Assembly: GCA_017501695.1 (NCBI GenBank)
Contig: JAFVWL010000043.1
Location: forward strand, 3,592 to 67,591
DNA from: Oscillospiraceae bacterium
GTDB lineage: Bacteria > Bacillota > Clostridia > Oscillospirales > Oscillospiraceae
Reading direction: 5' to 3'
DNA: 64,000 nt
Shown here: piece after piece, positions 27,374 to 35,764 of the stretch
Layout of the letters: each line of letters begins with the position of its first letter
Numbering within the stretch: the stretch's first letter is position 1
The notes under the pieces: generated by a model
Databases searched by the model: none
What the model was told of the DNA's origin: nothing
Seen by the model: only the letters and a program-made list of their open reading frames with translations
Made by a program: the position numbers and the translations under genes

Positions 27374-28234
27374 TTACTCCTTTCCGAAATAGCTCTTGAT
27401 GTAAGCAGCGAAGCTGGCATCACCGGTTTCGGTGTCGCCCACCAGGTCGTGGCTCAGGGTCCACTTGGAGAACAGGATGATGTCGTGCTTGCCTTCCTTC
27501 CGGATCTTGGGCAGGATGGCCAGGACGCTGAACAGCCAGATGGGAGCCCACTTGATCTTCAGGGGCTTGCCGGCAGCTTCAAAGCACATGGCTGCCATTT
27601 CCTCGTAGGTATAGGTTTCCTTGCCGCCCACGTTGTAGGTCACATTGGTGTCGTTCATGTGGTCCACGATGAACCGGGCAAAGTCGGGGCAGTCCACCAC
27701 ATTGGCCTTCACACCGCCGTAGCCCTTCAGCAACTGCATCTCGCCCTTGTCAATGTAGGGCTTGAAGACCTTGGCGATGTCGTAGAAGTAGCCGGTGGGA
27801 CGGTAGATGACCCAGTCCATGGGCTCCTTCTTGATCTCCTGTTCCACCAGATACTTGGCGTGGAGCATGGGCACCTTCTCAGCGCCGGGCTCGTCACAGG
27901 AGATGACGGAGATGTAGTTGAACTTCTTGACGCCGGCACGCTTGCACTCGGCGTACAGGTTCATATTGCCCTGGTAGTCGATGTCATAGGAGGTGACCTT
28001 GGTGGAAGCACCGGTCAGGCCCATGGTGGTGATGACCACCTCGGCACCGTCGCACAGGCCCTTCAGCGTCTCGGGCTTTGTGGCATCGATGGAGACGAAG
28101 GTGTACTTGCCCTCGGTGCCCTCCACGGGACGCTCCTTCAGATCCGCGGCCACAACCTCGTGACCGGCGGCACACAGACACTTGAGAATTTCGGCGCCCA
28201 GATTACCAAAGGCACCGGCCAGAACTACTTTCAT
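27374..28234 (-). CDS. Atypical SDR / NAD(P)H-binding oxidoreductase (NmrA / divinyl-chlorophyllide 8-vinyl reductase-like family)
   Basis: AGAFGNLG, DIDYQGNMNL...C.RAGVKKFNYIS, AK..VE, IYRPTGYF, NVGG. Confidence 0.8.
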   Translation of the reverse strand: MKVVLAGAFGNLGAEILKCLCAAGHEVVAADLKERPVEGTEGKYTFVSIDATKPETLKGLCDGAEVVITTMGLTGASTKVTSYDIDYQGNMNLYAECKRAGVKKFNYISVISCDEPGAEKVPMLHAKYLVEQEIKKEPMDWVIYRPTGYFYDIAKVFKPYIDKGEMQLLKGYGGVKANVVDCPDFARFIVDHMNDTNVTYNVGGKETYTYEEMAAMCFEAAGKPLKIKWAPIWLFSVLAILPKIRKEGKHDIILFSKWTLSHDLVGDTETGDASFAAYIKSYFGKE

Positions 28235-28348
28235 GATGATTTCCTCCTTATTAAATGATAATCACACCGCAGGAACGATACCGGGCGGCGAAGGGCAGCA
28301 GCGATCTCCTCCCAATGTTCGTGCGAATTGTCCGGCGGCACTGCCGCC

Positions 28349-29275
28349 TTACTTCTTGTTCTTTTCCTTGGCCCGCTTGTCGTTGATGATCTTCATCTCC
28401 GCAGCGGTGATCAGGGTGCAGTTGTTTTCCTTGGCCCAGTCCACACAGCCCTTGAGCACCAGGGGCAGGAAAACACGGGGCACATTGAGGATGGTTTCCA
28501 GGGCGTCATCGGTGAACTTCACCGTATCGTCAGCCCGGTCAGCCGCATAGCGGACAGAGTCCAGAGTCTGCTTCCGGATGGGCAGCAGCTCGGCCCGCAT
28601 CCAGCCCTTCCGGTGGAACCAGAAATTCTTGGAATCCCGGTAGCCGTAATCCACAGGCAGGGGCGGGAAATCCATAGCCTTGACACCGTTGATGATGGCA
28701 TCGGCATACTTCTTCTTCATCAGGATCTTATCGACCTTCAGGATGAAATGGGCGCCGAACTTGGAGGTAATGCCGTTGAAATCATGGTAAGGAGGCTCGT
28801 AGCCGTTGAGATTGCCGGGCTTGTCGTCCTGGGCGTTGTCCAGGGTGGACACCCAGGTGCACTCGATGACCTGGATGGCATCGGTCAGGACCATGGGGCG
28901 CTTCTCACCGGTGGTCTCCTCGATGATACCCTTCTCCAGCTTGAACTCGCACTTGGGCATTTTGTCCTCGGGCTTGTCGCCGGGCCAGGACAGCTTGACG
29001 CACTCCTTGAAGGTCTTGGGCTTGTCATCCACAAAGTTGATGGCACACTTGCCGGTACGCAGAATGTTCTGGGCGGTGTTGGAAGAGTTGCGGCAGCTCA
29101 GCAGCATGGCATAGAAATCCTTGCCCGCCACATAGTAGGGCTGTACCAGGGAATAGGGACCCAGGGTGGTGGAGCCGTCCTCACACAGGGTGCTGATGAC
29201 CACCGTGGGCATGGGGAAGAACAGGGATGTCTGGTAGAAATTGTCTACCACGCGGAGATTTTCAAAACTGGACAT
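28349..29275 (-). CDS. Flavin-reductase-like split-barrel protein with C-terminal PCP_red-like domain
   Basis: PMPTVVIST...SNTAQNILRTGKCAINF...AIQVIEC; C-terminus FTDDALETILNVPRVFLPLV...AKENNCTLITAAEM. Confidence 0.75.
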   Translation of the reverse strand: MSSFENLRVVDNFYQTSLFFPMPTVVISTLCEDGSTTLGPYSLVQPYYVAGKDFYAMLLSCRNSSNTAQNILRTGKCAINFVDDKPKTFKECVKLSWPGDKPEDKMPKCEFKLEKGIIEETTGEKRPMVLTDAIQVIECTWVSTLDNAQDDKPGNLNGYEPPYHDFNGITSKFGAHFILKVDKILMKKKYADAIINGVKAMDFPPLPVDYGYRDSKNFWFHRKGWMRAELLPIRKQTLDSVRYAADRADDTVKFTDDALETILNVPRVFLPLVLKGCVDWAKENNCTLITAAEMKIINDKRAKEKNKK

Positions 29276-29281
29276 ATCATC

Positions 29282-29794
29282 TCACTCCTTAAATAGTTTG
29301 CGGATCATGCCGTAGATCTCGTCAAACTCCCGGTCGGACAGGGTCCAGGTCAGCAGACCTTCCGCGATGAATTCCGCTGCGAAATCCGTATCACAGAATT
29401 TCCGCAGAGGGGCGGCAAGCTGGCCCCGCAGGACACCATGGTAGCGGTTGTGGGCACCGGAGAAAACCGCGGCTGCGGCTTCATCCCGGACCACGGCCGC
29501 ATGGAGCCGGGCAAAGAAACAAAGCTGGTCACAGATGCACCGGACCACCGGCGCCGGAGAGTCGGAATAGGTGCTGACCGCGTTAATGGCCGCCACGCAT
29601 TTGTTCCAGTCCTCCAGCATATAAGAGGCCAGGATCTCATCCTTGGAGGAATAGTAGTTGTACACGGTGCCAACGCCCACGCCGCAGGCCTTTGCCACAC
29701 TGCGGATGGTCATGGCGGCGTACCCTGATTCCTCTACCTGCTTTTTTGCCTCGACCGCCAGCCGGGCCTGGAGATTTTCAATGATCTTCGGCAT
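29282..29794 (-). CDS. TetR/AcrR family regulator
   Basis: GYAAMTIRSVAKACGVGVGTVYNYYSSKDEIL HTH; AAAGGAG RBS before ATG 29794. Confidence 0.95.
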   Translation of the reverse strand: MPKIIENLQARLAVEAKKQVEESGYAAMTIRSVAKACGVGVGTVYNYYSSKDEILASYMLEDWNKCVAAINAVSTYSDSPAPVVRCICDQLCFFARLHAAVVRDEAAAAVFSGAHNRYHGVLRGQLAAPLRKFCDTDFAAEFIAEGLLTWTLSDREFDEIYGMIRKLFKE

Positions 29795-29805
29795 AATAAC
29801 TCCTT

Positions 29806-29857
29806 TGTGAACACGTTCACATAAATATAGTATAGATATTTTTTTACCAATTGTCAA
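29806..29857 (-). promoter_or_regulatory. tetR operon promoter plus operator
   Basis: TTGACA-17bp-TATACT (29857-29829) on the minus strand; palindrome TGTGAAC-AC-GTTCACA at 29806-29821. Confidence 0.85.
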
Positions 29858-29948
29858 GAATCCTGCAACAATTTTCGGACAAAACTCGACCAGATACCAT
29901 TATATCACATTTTTCCCGGGGCGCAACCATACACCGCGATTTCGGTCA

Positions 29949-29996
29949 TTGACAAATCGCCCCCAGGTGTTGTAGCATGGTGTCAGAATATGTTCA
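29949..29996 (+). promoter_or_regulatory. Promoter plus degenerate operator for DUF1638-RACo
   Basis: TTGACA-18bp-TAGCAT, then AGAAT-AT-GTTCA at 29985-29996. Confidence 0.55.
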
Positions 29997-30019
29997 TTTC
30001 TGAAAGGGGGGGCGTCCGG

Positions 30020-30685
30020 ATGGAGCCGGTGATCCTTGCCTGTGAAACCCTCCGGCGGGAGCTTGAGCAAGCCATGTGCCGGACCGGCACAGCGTTGCCC
30101 GTTTTCTGGCTGCCCGGTGGGGCCCACAACGTTCCGGAAAAACGTCGGGAACAGATTCAATCTGCCCTGGATAACCTTCAGGGCTTCGACACCGTTTTGC
30201 TGGCTATGACCCTGTGCGGCGGCAGTCTGCAGGGACTGGAATCCGGGAACCGGACTCTGGTAGTCCCCCGGTGCGACGACTGCATCACGCTGCTGCTGGG
30301 GCAGGAACTGCGGCGGAAGCATCCCGGCACCTACTTCCTGACGGAGGGCTGGCTCCAGGGGGAGCGGAACATCCGGGCCGAGTACCGCCACTGTGTGGAA
30401 GCCCACGGGAAAGCCCGGGCCAAGCGGATCTTTGGCCGGATGTTTTCCCATTACCGTTACCTGGCCCTGGTAGACACGATCCCCCCTGTCCCGGAAACGG
30501 AAGCCCTGTGCCGGGAAATCGCGGAGACTCTGGAATTGGAATACCGGTTTCTGGAGGGCAGCTGCGGCTGGCTGGAGGACCTGCTGGCCCTGCGTTGGCA
30601 TCCGGACCGGTTCCTGACCGTCCCGCCCCACACCACCGTCACCCCGGCCCTGTACCGGGAAGCAGGAGGTTCCCATGAATTATAA
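30020..30685 (+). CDS. DUF1638 domain protein
   Basis: ILACE.L..EL, H..PE, LCGG...GL, PRCDDCITLLLG, YFLTEGW; family often found near corrinoid genes. Confidence 0.88.
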   Translation: MEPVILACETLRRELEQAMCRTGTALPVFWLPGGAHNVPEKRREQIQSALDNLQGFDTVLLAMTLCGGSLQGLESGNRTLVVPRCDDCITLLLGQELRRKHPGTYFLTEGWLQGERNIRAEYRHCVEAHGKARAKRIFGRMFSHYRYLALVDTIPPVPETEALCREIAETLELEYRFLEGSCGWLEDLLALRWHPDRFLTVPPHTTVTPALYREAGGSHEL

Positions 30686-32171
30686 TATCACCCTTCTGCC
30701 CCAGGGGATCACCCTTTCCGTCCCCCGGGGAAGCAAGCTTCTCAGCGTCCTGGCAGATGCCGGGGTCCGGCACCACGCCCCCTGCGGCGGCAGCGGCAAA
30801 TGCGGCAAATGCCGGGTCCTGGTGAATGACCGGGAGGTACTGGCCTGCGGAATTACCGTGGACCGGGATATGACCGTCACCCTTCCCCGGGAAGACCGGG
30901 TCCGGGTTCTGGACCGGGGTGCGGAACAGGAAACCGCCCTGGATCCCCTGGCACCGGGATTTCTGGCAGCCTTTGATATCGGCACCACCACGGTGGTCTG
31001 CTTCCTGCTGGACGGAACCACCGGAGCAGAGCTGGGTCGTGCCAGTATGCCCAACCCCCAGGCCATATACGGTTCCGATGTGATCAGCCGGATCCGCGCC
31101 GCCACGGACGGTGCTTTGGAAGGTCAGTCCCGGCTGATTCGTGGTGCCATGACCGAACTGCTACGGCAGGTCTGCGGCGAGGCAGAGGTGTCCCCCACTG
31201 CTGTGGGGGTGGTTTCCGTGGTGGGAAATCCGGCCATGCAGCAGCTTTTTCTGGGAATTCCCACGGACAATCTGGCAGCGGTGCCCTTCTCCCCTGTCCT
31301 GACCCGGGCGGAGGTGTTGCCATGCGGTAATATTCTGCCCTGCTGCCCGGCGGCACGGGTCCTGGTGGTACCGGATATCTCCGGCTATGTGGGTGCGGAC
31401 ACTCTGGGCTGCGTCCTGGCCACCGGGCTTCACGAAGGGGAGGAAATGACCCTGCTGGTGGACATCGGAACCAACGGCGAAATGGTACTGGGCAATCGGG
31501 ACCGGATGATCGCCTGCTCCACCGCCGCCGGACCGGCCCTGGAAGGGGCCAATATCCGCTGCGGCATGCGGGCCGCAGCCGGCGCCATCGACCATGTGTG
31601 GCTGGAGGACAGTCAGGTTCGCTTCAGCGTCATCGGCGGCGGTGCTGCCCGGGGCATCTGCGGCTCCGGCCTGATTGACGCGGCGGCAGTGTTTTTGGAC
31701 CTGGGTATGCTGAACCGCCGGGGGCGGATCCAAAGTACCGGCCTCCGGGACGGAGAGCGGTTTCTGGCTCTGACAGAGGATGTCTTTCTGACTCAGGAGG
31801 ACATCCGACAGCTCCAGCTTGCCAAAGGAGCCATTCAGGCCGGAATCCGGCTCATGACCAAGGCCCTGGGACTGAAGCTGGGAGATATTGACCGGGTGCT
31901 GCTGGCGGGAGCCTTCGGCACCTACCTGGATCCGGCCAGCGCCTGCCGGATCGGACTGCTGCCCCCGGAGCTGGCCGGGCGGATCACCGCCGTAGGCAAC
32001 GCCGCCGGCGGGGGTGCCAAAATGCTGGCCCGGAACCAAGCGCTGCTGCCCTTATGCCAGGAGCTGCGGGACAGGATCGAATTTTTGGAGCTGGCCAAGC
32101 TGGAGGATTTTCCCAAAACCTTCGCCCGGGCCATGGGGTTTGAACCGCAGGATAAAGAGGGCGCCGAATGA
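30675..32171 (+). CDS. ASKHA-domain corrinoid reductive activator (RACo/RamA-like, N-terminal 2Fe-2S)
   Basis: CGGSGKCGKC...LAC, DIGTTT, NPQ..YGSDVISRI, GYVGAD, DIGTNGE, AAGPALEG, GICGSG, LAGAFG, VGNAA. Confidence 0.93.
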   Translation: MNYNITLLPQGITLSVPRGSKLLSVLADAGVRHHAPCGGSGKCGKCRVLVNDREVLACGITVDRDMTVTLPREDRVRVLDRGAEQETALDPLAPGFLAAFDIGTTTVVCFLLDGTTGAELGRASMPNPQAIYGSDVISRIRAATDGALEGQSRLIRGAMTELLRQVCGEAEVSPTAVGVVSVVGNPAMQQLFLGIPTDNLAAVPFSPVLTRAEVLPCGNILPCCPAARVLVVPDISGYVGADTLGCVLATGLHEGEEMTLLVDIGTNGEMVLGNRDRMIACSTAAGPALEGANIRCGMRAAAGAIDHVWLEDSQVRFSVIGGGAARGICGSGLIDAAAVFLDLGMLNRRGRIQSTGLRDGERFLALTEDVFLTQEDIRQLQLAKGAIQAGIRLMTKALGLKLGDIDRVLLAGAFGTYLDPASACRIGLLPPELAGRITAVGNAAGGGAKMLARNQALLPLCQELRDRIEFLELAKLEDFPKTFARAMGFEPQDKEGAE

Positions 32172-32641
32172 ACTATGTATGGCGTGACTATTCTCCCGAA
32201 ACAATGGCATATGTTGAAAACTGGCTTGATAAACCCGCCGTCAAATCCACGGGTTTAGACGAGGGGTTTCGCGCGTTTTATGATTATTGGGCAAACGAAG
32301 ATGGATTTGCCGTAGGAGAAAACTTTTGGTGCAAGGTCGTTTTTGAAAACGAAGCACCCTTTGCTGTGATCGCCTTTTGTCTGCACGAAGGGAAAACAAC
32401 GATTATGGAGGTCCTGGTTGCGCCCGATAAACGTGGCCGCGGCATGGGTTCCAGTCTCTTGAAGGAGCTTCTCGAAAGGGAAGATATTGCCGGCTTTGTC
32501 ATACAGAAAAGCGAAGCGGTAATCTTTCTAAGCAACACAGCGTCCCAAAAAGCATTCGAAAACGCCGGATTCCATTATCACCGTACCCACGAAGATGGGG
32601 ACGCCCTGTATTATGTTTATGAACGGGATTCCTGCAAATAA
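32168..32641 (+). CDS. GNAT family N-acetyltransferase
   Basis: VLVAPDKRGRGMGS, NTASQKAFENAGF; more AT-rich codons than neighbours. Confidence 0.88.
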   Translation: MNYVWRDYSPETMAYVENWLDKPAVKSTGLDEGFRAFYDYWANEDGFAVGENFWCKVVFENEAPFAVIAFCLHEGKTTIMEVLVAPDKRGRGMGSSLLKELLEREDIAGFVIQKSEAVIFLSNTASQKAFENAGFHYHRTHEDGDALYYVYERDSCK

Positions 32642-32670
32642 CGTCCTGATGGCAGGAGCAATACAGCAAC

Positions 32671-32700
32671 CGCAGCACCGAAACGGTGCTGCGGCTTTTT
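32671..32700 (+). terminator. Rho-independent terminator
   Basis: cgcagcaccg-aaa-cggtgctgcg followed by a T-run. Confidence 0.75.
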
Positions 32701-32853
32701 GACGCGGTTTCCCGGAGGTGGCTGGGCAAGCCGCCCTACTGCGGTATTATTATCCCGGTGCCATGCGCCTGCCCCGCAAAGCCTTTCTAAACAGTTGTAC
32801 CGCCCCGGAACGGGTCCGGGGCGGTACGCGGAAGAAATAAAGAGGAGAAAAAA

Positions 32854-35253
32854 TCATTTTACAACGGCGACATAGGCCTGGGTCCAAAGCTTTCCGTCGG
32901 ATACGGTAACCGTCAGGTTCTCCGCGTCCTCCGCCCGGATCACTGCCAGAGCTTCGCCGAAACAGGTATCCGTCACGTCATCCAGGTAGCTCAGGTCATA
33001 GTAGGGACAGGCACTGCCCAGGCCCAGGAGCTTGCCGCCGGTGACAGTGACCTTCAGCTTGCCCCGGCACAGAGGCTTGGTGATTCCCGCGCCGTCGGTG
33101 TACTTCAGCCGAACAAAACACAGTCTTCCGGGATGGACCGTGGGCTGCTCCGGATGGGCCATAAGCCGGGTCTCGGGACCGGCGCTGCGCAGGACGCTGC
33201 GGCCGATTTCTCTGCCGTTGGCATCATAGGACACCGCTTCCAGCTTTCCGGGATGGTAGGTGCATCGGAACCGGATGATGCAGTCGTTTTTCGGCTGCTT
33301 TTTGCCCACAAGCTGGCCGTTTAGGTACAGGGCCACCGTATGGGCCCGGGCGTAGACCTCCACATCGGCGGGCTTGCCGTCACAGCCCTCCCAGGCCCAG
33401 CTTTCCATGGCGTTGGACATTTTCCAGGAAGAGGGGGAATGGGCCTCGCCGGTATGATTCACGGGGCACACGCCGATCCGGGGACCGGGCTCCCGCTCAA
33501 AAGCCACCTTTGTGTACAGGGCTTCGCCCAAGGGCTTGCCCGTCAGGTCCAGCCGACCGCTGCCCGCGGAAATCCATCCGCAGCCGCCGTCGAACCGGGG
33601 GGCGTAGTCCCGGTACTCCCAGCTTCCGATGCCCACCTCGCCCAGGTAGTCCATGCCCGCCCAGACGAAATCGCCGATCAGACGTTTCTCCCGCTTAGCC
33701 TGCTCCCAGAAGCGGTAGGCATCCTTGCAGAAGGTTTCGCTGCCCACGATGAGACGGTCGGGGTAGGCCTTCAGGTCATAGCCCACCCGATAAATGCCGT
33801 AGTTATAGCCGGCGATGTCCATGTTGGCAAAGGCATCCCGGGTCTTCCAGTCGCAGAAGGGCAGTGTCGCGCCACGCTTCATAAACTCGTCGCCCAGCAG
33901 GCCCGCCAGGTTGTTGAAGAATTCACTGCCCACAGCGGCTTTCTTAGCTTGTTTGCCTTCAGCACGGGCCTTTTCCGCCCGCTCCGCTTCCTTTCGGGCT
34001 TTTTCGTCACTGTAAACGCCAAAGCCCACGGAGCTTAGGAAATTGAAGAAAATATTCACGCCGCAGGTCACGGGGCGGGTACCGTCCAGTTCATGGAGCC
34101 AGCGGGTCATCTCCCCTGTCAGGGCGATGCCCTTGGGCTGTGCCGTTTCGCTGACCTCGTTGCCGGTGGAATACATGATCACACTGGGATGGTTGTAATC
34201 CTTATCCACCAGATCCTGAAGGTCCTGCCGCCACCATTGGTCGAAAAATTCCACGTAATCGTATTCGGTCTTGTGGATATACCAGTGATCGATGTATTCG
34301 TCCATAACCAGCATACCCAGCTTATCACAGGCATCCAGCAGAGCCTTGGAGCAGGGGTTATGGGCACTGCGAATGGCGTTATAGCCGTTTTCCTGGAGAA
34401 GACGGATCTTCCGCTCCTCCGCGTCGGCCCAGCAGGCCGCGCCCAGAAGGCCGTTGTCGTGATGGATGCAGGCACCCCGGAGGATCACCCGCTTGCCGTT
34501 GAGCAGGAACCCCTCCCGCCCCCAGGCCAGGCTGCGGATACCGAAGGTCACCGTCTCCTGATCCGTGCCGAAGCGGACCCGGCAGGTATACAGCTTGGGG
34601 GTTTCCGGGCACCAGAGCTTTCCGTTGGGCACCGTCAGATCCATGACAGCCTGCCCATCGGTGGATATCTCCCGGCTGACAAGGACCTGGCTGCCGTCCA
34701 GAATGTCCACAACCACCTGGCCCGCGCCGGAGGTCTTTACGGTGACCTCCACCTTAGCCGGGGCGGTGGACAGGGTGCGGACCTTCACGCCGTTGAGCAG
34801 GATGTGCTCCTGTTCCGACACCCACAGATGGACCGGGCGGTAAATGCCCGCGCCGGAATACCAGCGGGAGTTGGGCTGATCCGCGGTCCGGGAAATGACC
34901 TGGATCAAATTGTCCCGTCCGTTTTCCAGACGGTCAGTGACATCCACATAGAAATTGGTATAGCCATAGGGCCGGAAGGCAAGCTTCTGTCCGTTCACAT
35001 GGACCTCCGCCTTCCGGTACACACCCTCGAATTCCAGGATCAGGCGTTTATCCGCCAGTTCCGGCCCGGGAGTAAAGTGTTTTTCATAGAGGTAATCGTA
35101 ACCCTCAAACCATGCACCGTTGATGCCGCTGGGAGCCAGCTCCGTACGTTTTTCCGCCAGCATGGCATCGTGAGGAATGGTCACAGGATGACCTGGACCG
35201 GGCGCATCCAGGTGCCGGCAGGTCCAGCCTTCGTTAAAACAGATCTTGATCAT
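32854..35253 (-). CDS. Glycoside hydrolase family 2 (beta-galactosidase-like)
   Basis: LEFEGVY, SRWYSGAGIYR, GACIHHDNG, NAIRSAHNP, NHPSVIMYSTGNE, IVGSE, DFVWAGMDYLGE. Confidence 0.95.
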   Translation of the reverse strand: MIKICFNEGWTCRHLDAPGPGHPVTIPHDAMLAEKRTELAPSGINGAWFEGYDYLYEKHFTPGPELADKRLILEFEGVYRKAEVHVNGQKLAFRPYGYTNFYVDVTDRLENGRDNLIQVISRTADQPNSRWYSGAGIYRPVHLWVSEQEHILLNGVKVRTLSTAPAKVEVTVKTSGAGQVVVDILDGSQVLVSREISTDGQAVMDLTVPNGKLWCPETPKLYTCRVRFGTDQETVTFGIRSLAWGREGFLLNGKRVILRGACIHHDNGLLGAACWADAEERKIRLLQENGYNAIRSAHNPCSKALLDACDKLGMLVMDEYIDHWYIHKTEYDYVEFFDQWWRQDLQDLVDKDYNHPSVIMYSTGNEVSETAQPKGIALTGEMTRWLHELDGTRPVTCGVNIFFNFLSSVGFGVYSDEKARKEAERAEKARAEGKQAKKAAVGSEFFNNLAGLLGDEFMKRGATLPFCDWKTRDAFANMDIAGYNYGIYRVGYDLKAYPDRLIVGSETFCKDAYRFWEQAKREKRLIGDFVWAGMDYLGEVGIGSWEYRDYAPRFDGGCGWISAGSGRLDLTGKPLGEALYTKVAFEREPGPRIGVCPVNHTGEAHSPSSWKMSNAMESWAWEGCDGKPADVEVYARAHTVALYLNGQLVGKKQPKNDCIIRFRCTYHPGKLEAVSYDANGREIGRSVLRSAGPETRLMAHPEQPTVHPGRLCFVRLKYTDGAGITKPLCRGKLKVTVTGGKLLGLGSACPYYDLSYLDDVTDTCFGEALAVIRAEDAENLTVTVSDGKLWTQAYVAVVK

Positions 35254-35356
35254 AGCAGTCGCCTCGCTTTCGGAAATTGGTTGAATAAGAAAACCGTCCG
35301 GGGCATTGCCCCGGACGGCCGTAGAGCGCTAGCCCAGATTCATGTAATTGATGACC

Positions 35357-35746
35357 TTACTTGCTCTTCTTGGTGAAGCAGGCACCGATGGCAGCCACAA
35401 CGCTGACCAGGTAGATGCCCAGCATAGCGAAGTTCAGATTGGCCAGCTCAGCCTTACCGAACATGACGATGCCCTGGAACTGGTCGGCAATGTTGCCCAG
35501 ACCGCCGGTGACGGAATAAGTCATGGCCACAGCCAGCAGCACCGCGCCGGCAATGCCCAGATAATCGGTGTAGCTCTTCTCACCCATCATCAGGGCGGCT
35601 TCACAGAGGATGCCGGCGATGGTAGCCGCGATCACGACAGTATTCATCTCGCCGCCGTTGCCGGTGTACACGAAGAACACGATCAGGCCAACCGCAGCCA
35701 ACACCGCGGAAACAAGGGCGAAATAGAAACCTAAACTCTTCTTCAT
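35357..35746 (-). CDS. Hypothetical 4-TM membrane protein
   Basis: GGAGG RBS; four hydrophobic segments; co-oriented directly after GH3. Confidence 0.85.
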   Translation of the reverse strand: MKKSLGFYFALVSAVLAAVGLIVFFVYTGNGGEMNTVVIAATIAGILCEAALMMGEKSYTDYLGIAGAVLLAVAMTYSVTGGLGNIADQFQGIVMFGKAELANLNFAMLGIYLVSVVAAIGACFTKKSK

Positions 35747-35764
35747 AGCGTTACTTCCCTCCTA

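Noticed and set aside
21547-32171. Cobalamin riboswitch near the corrinoid genes
   Set aside because: The leaders are short and no B12-box consensus is visible; regulation appears to be through the TetR operator.
32168-32790. AT-richer GNAT gene as a mobile cassette
   Set aside because: Composition hints at recent acquisition, but I found no flanking direct or inverted repeats.
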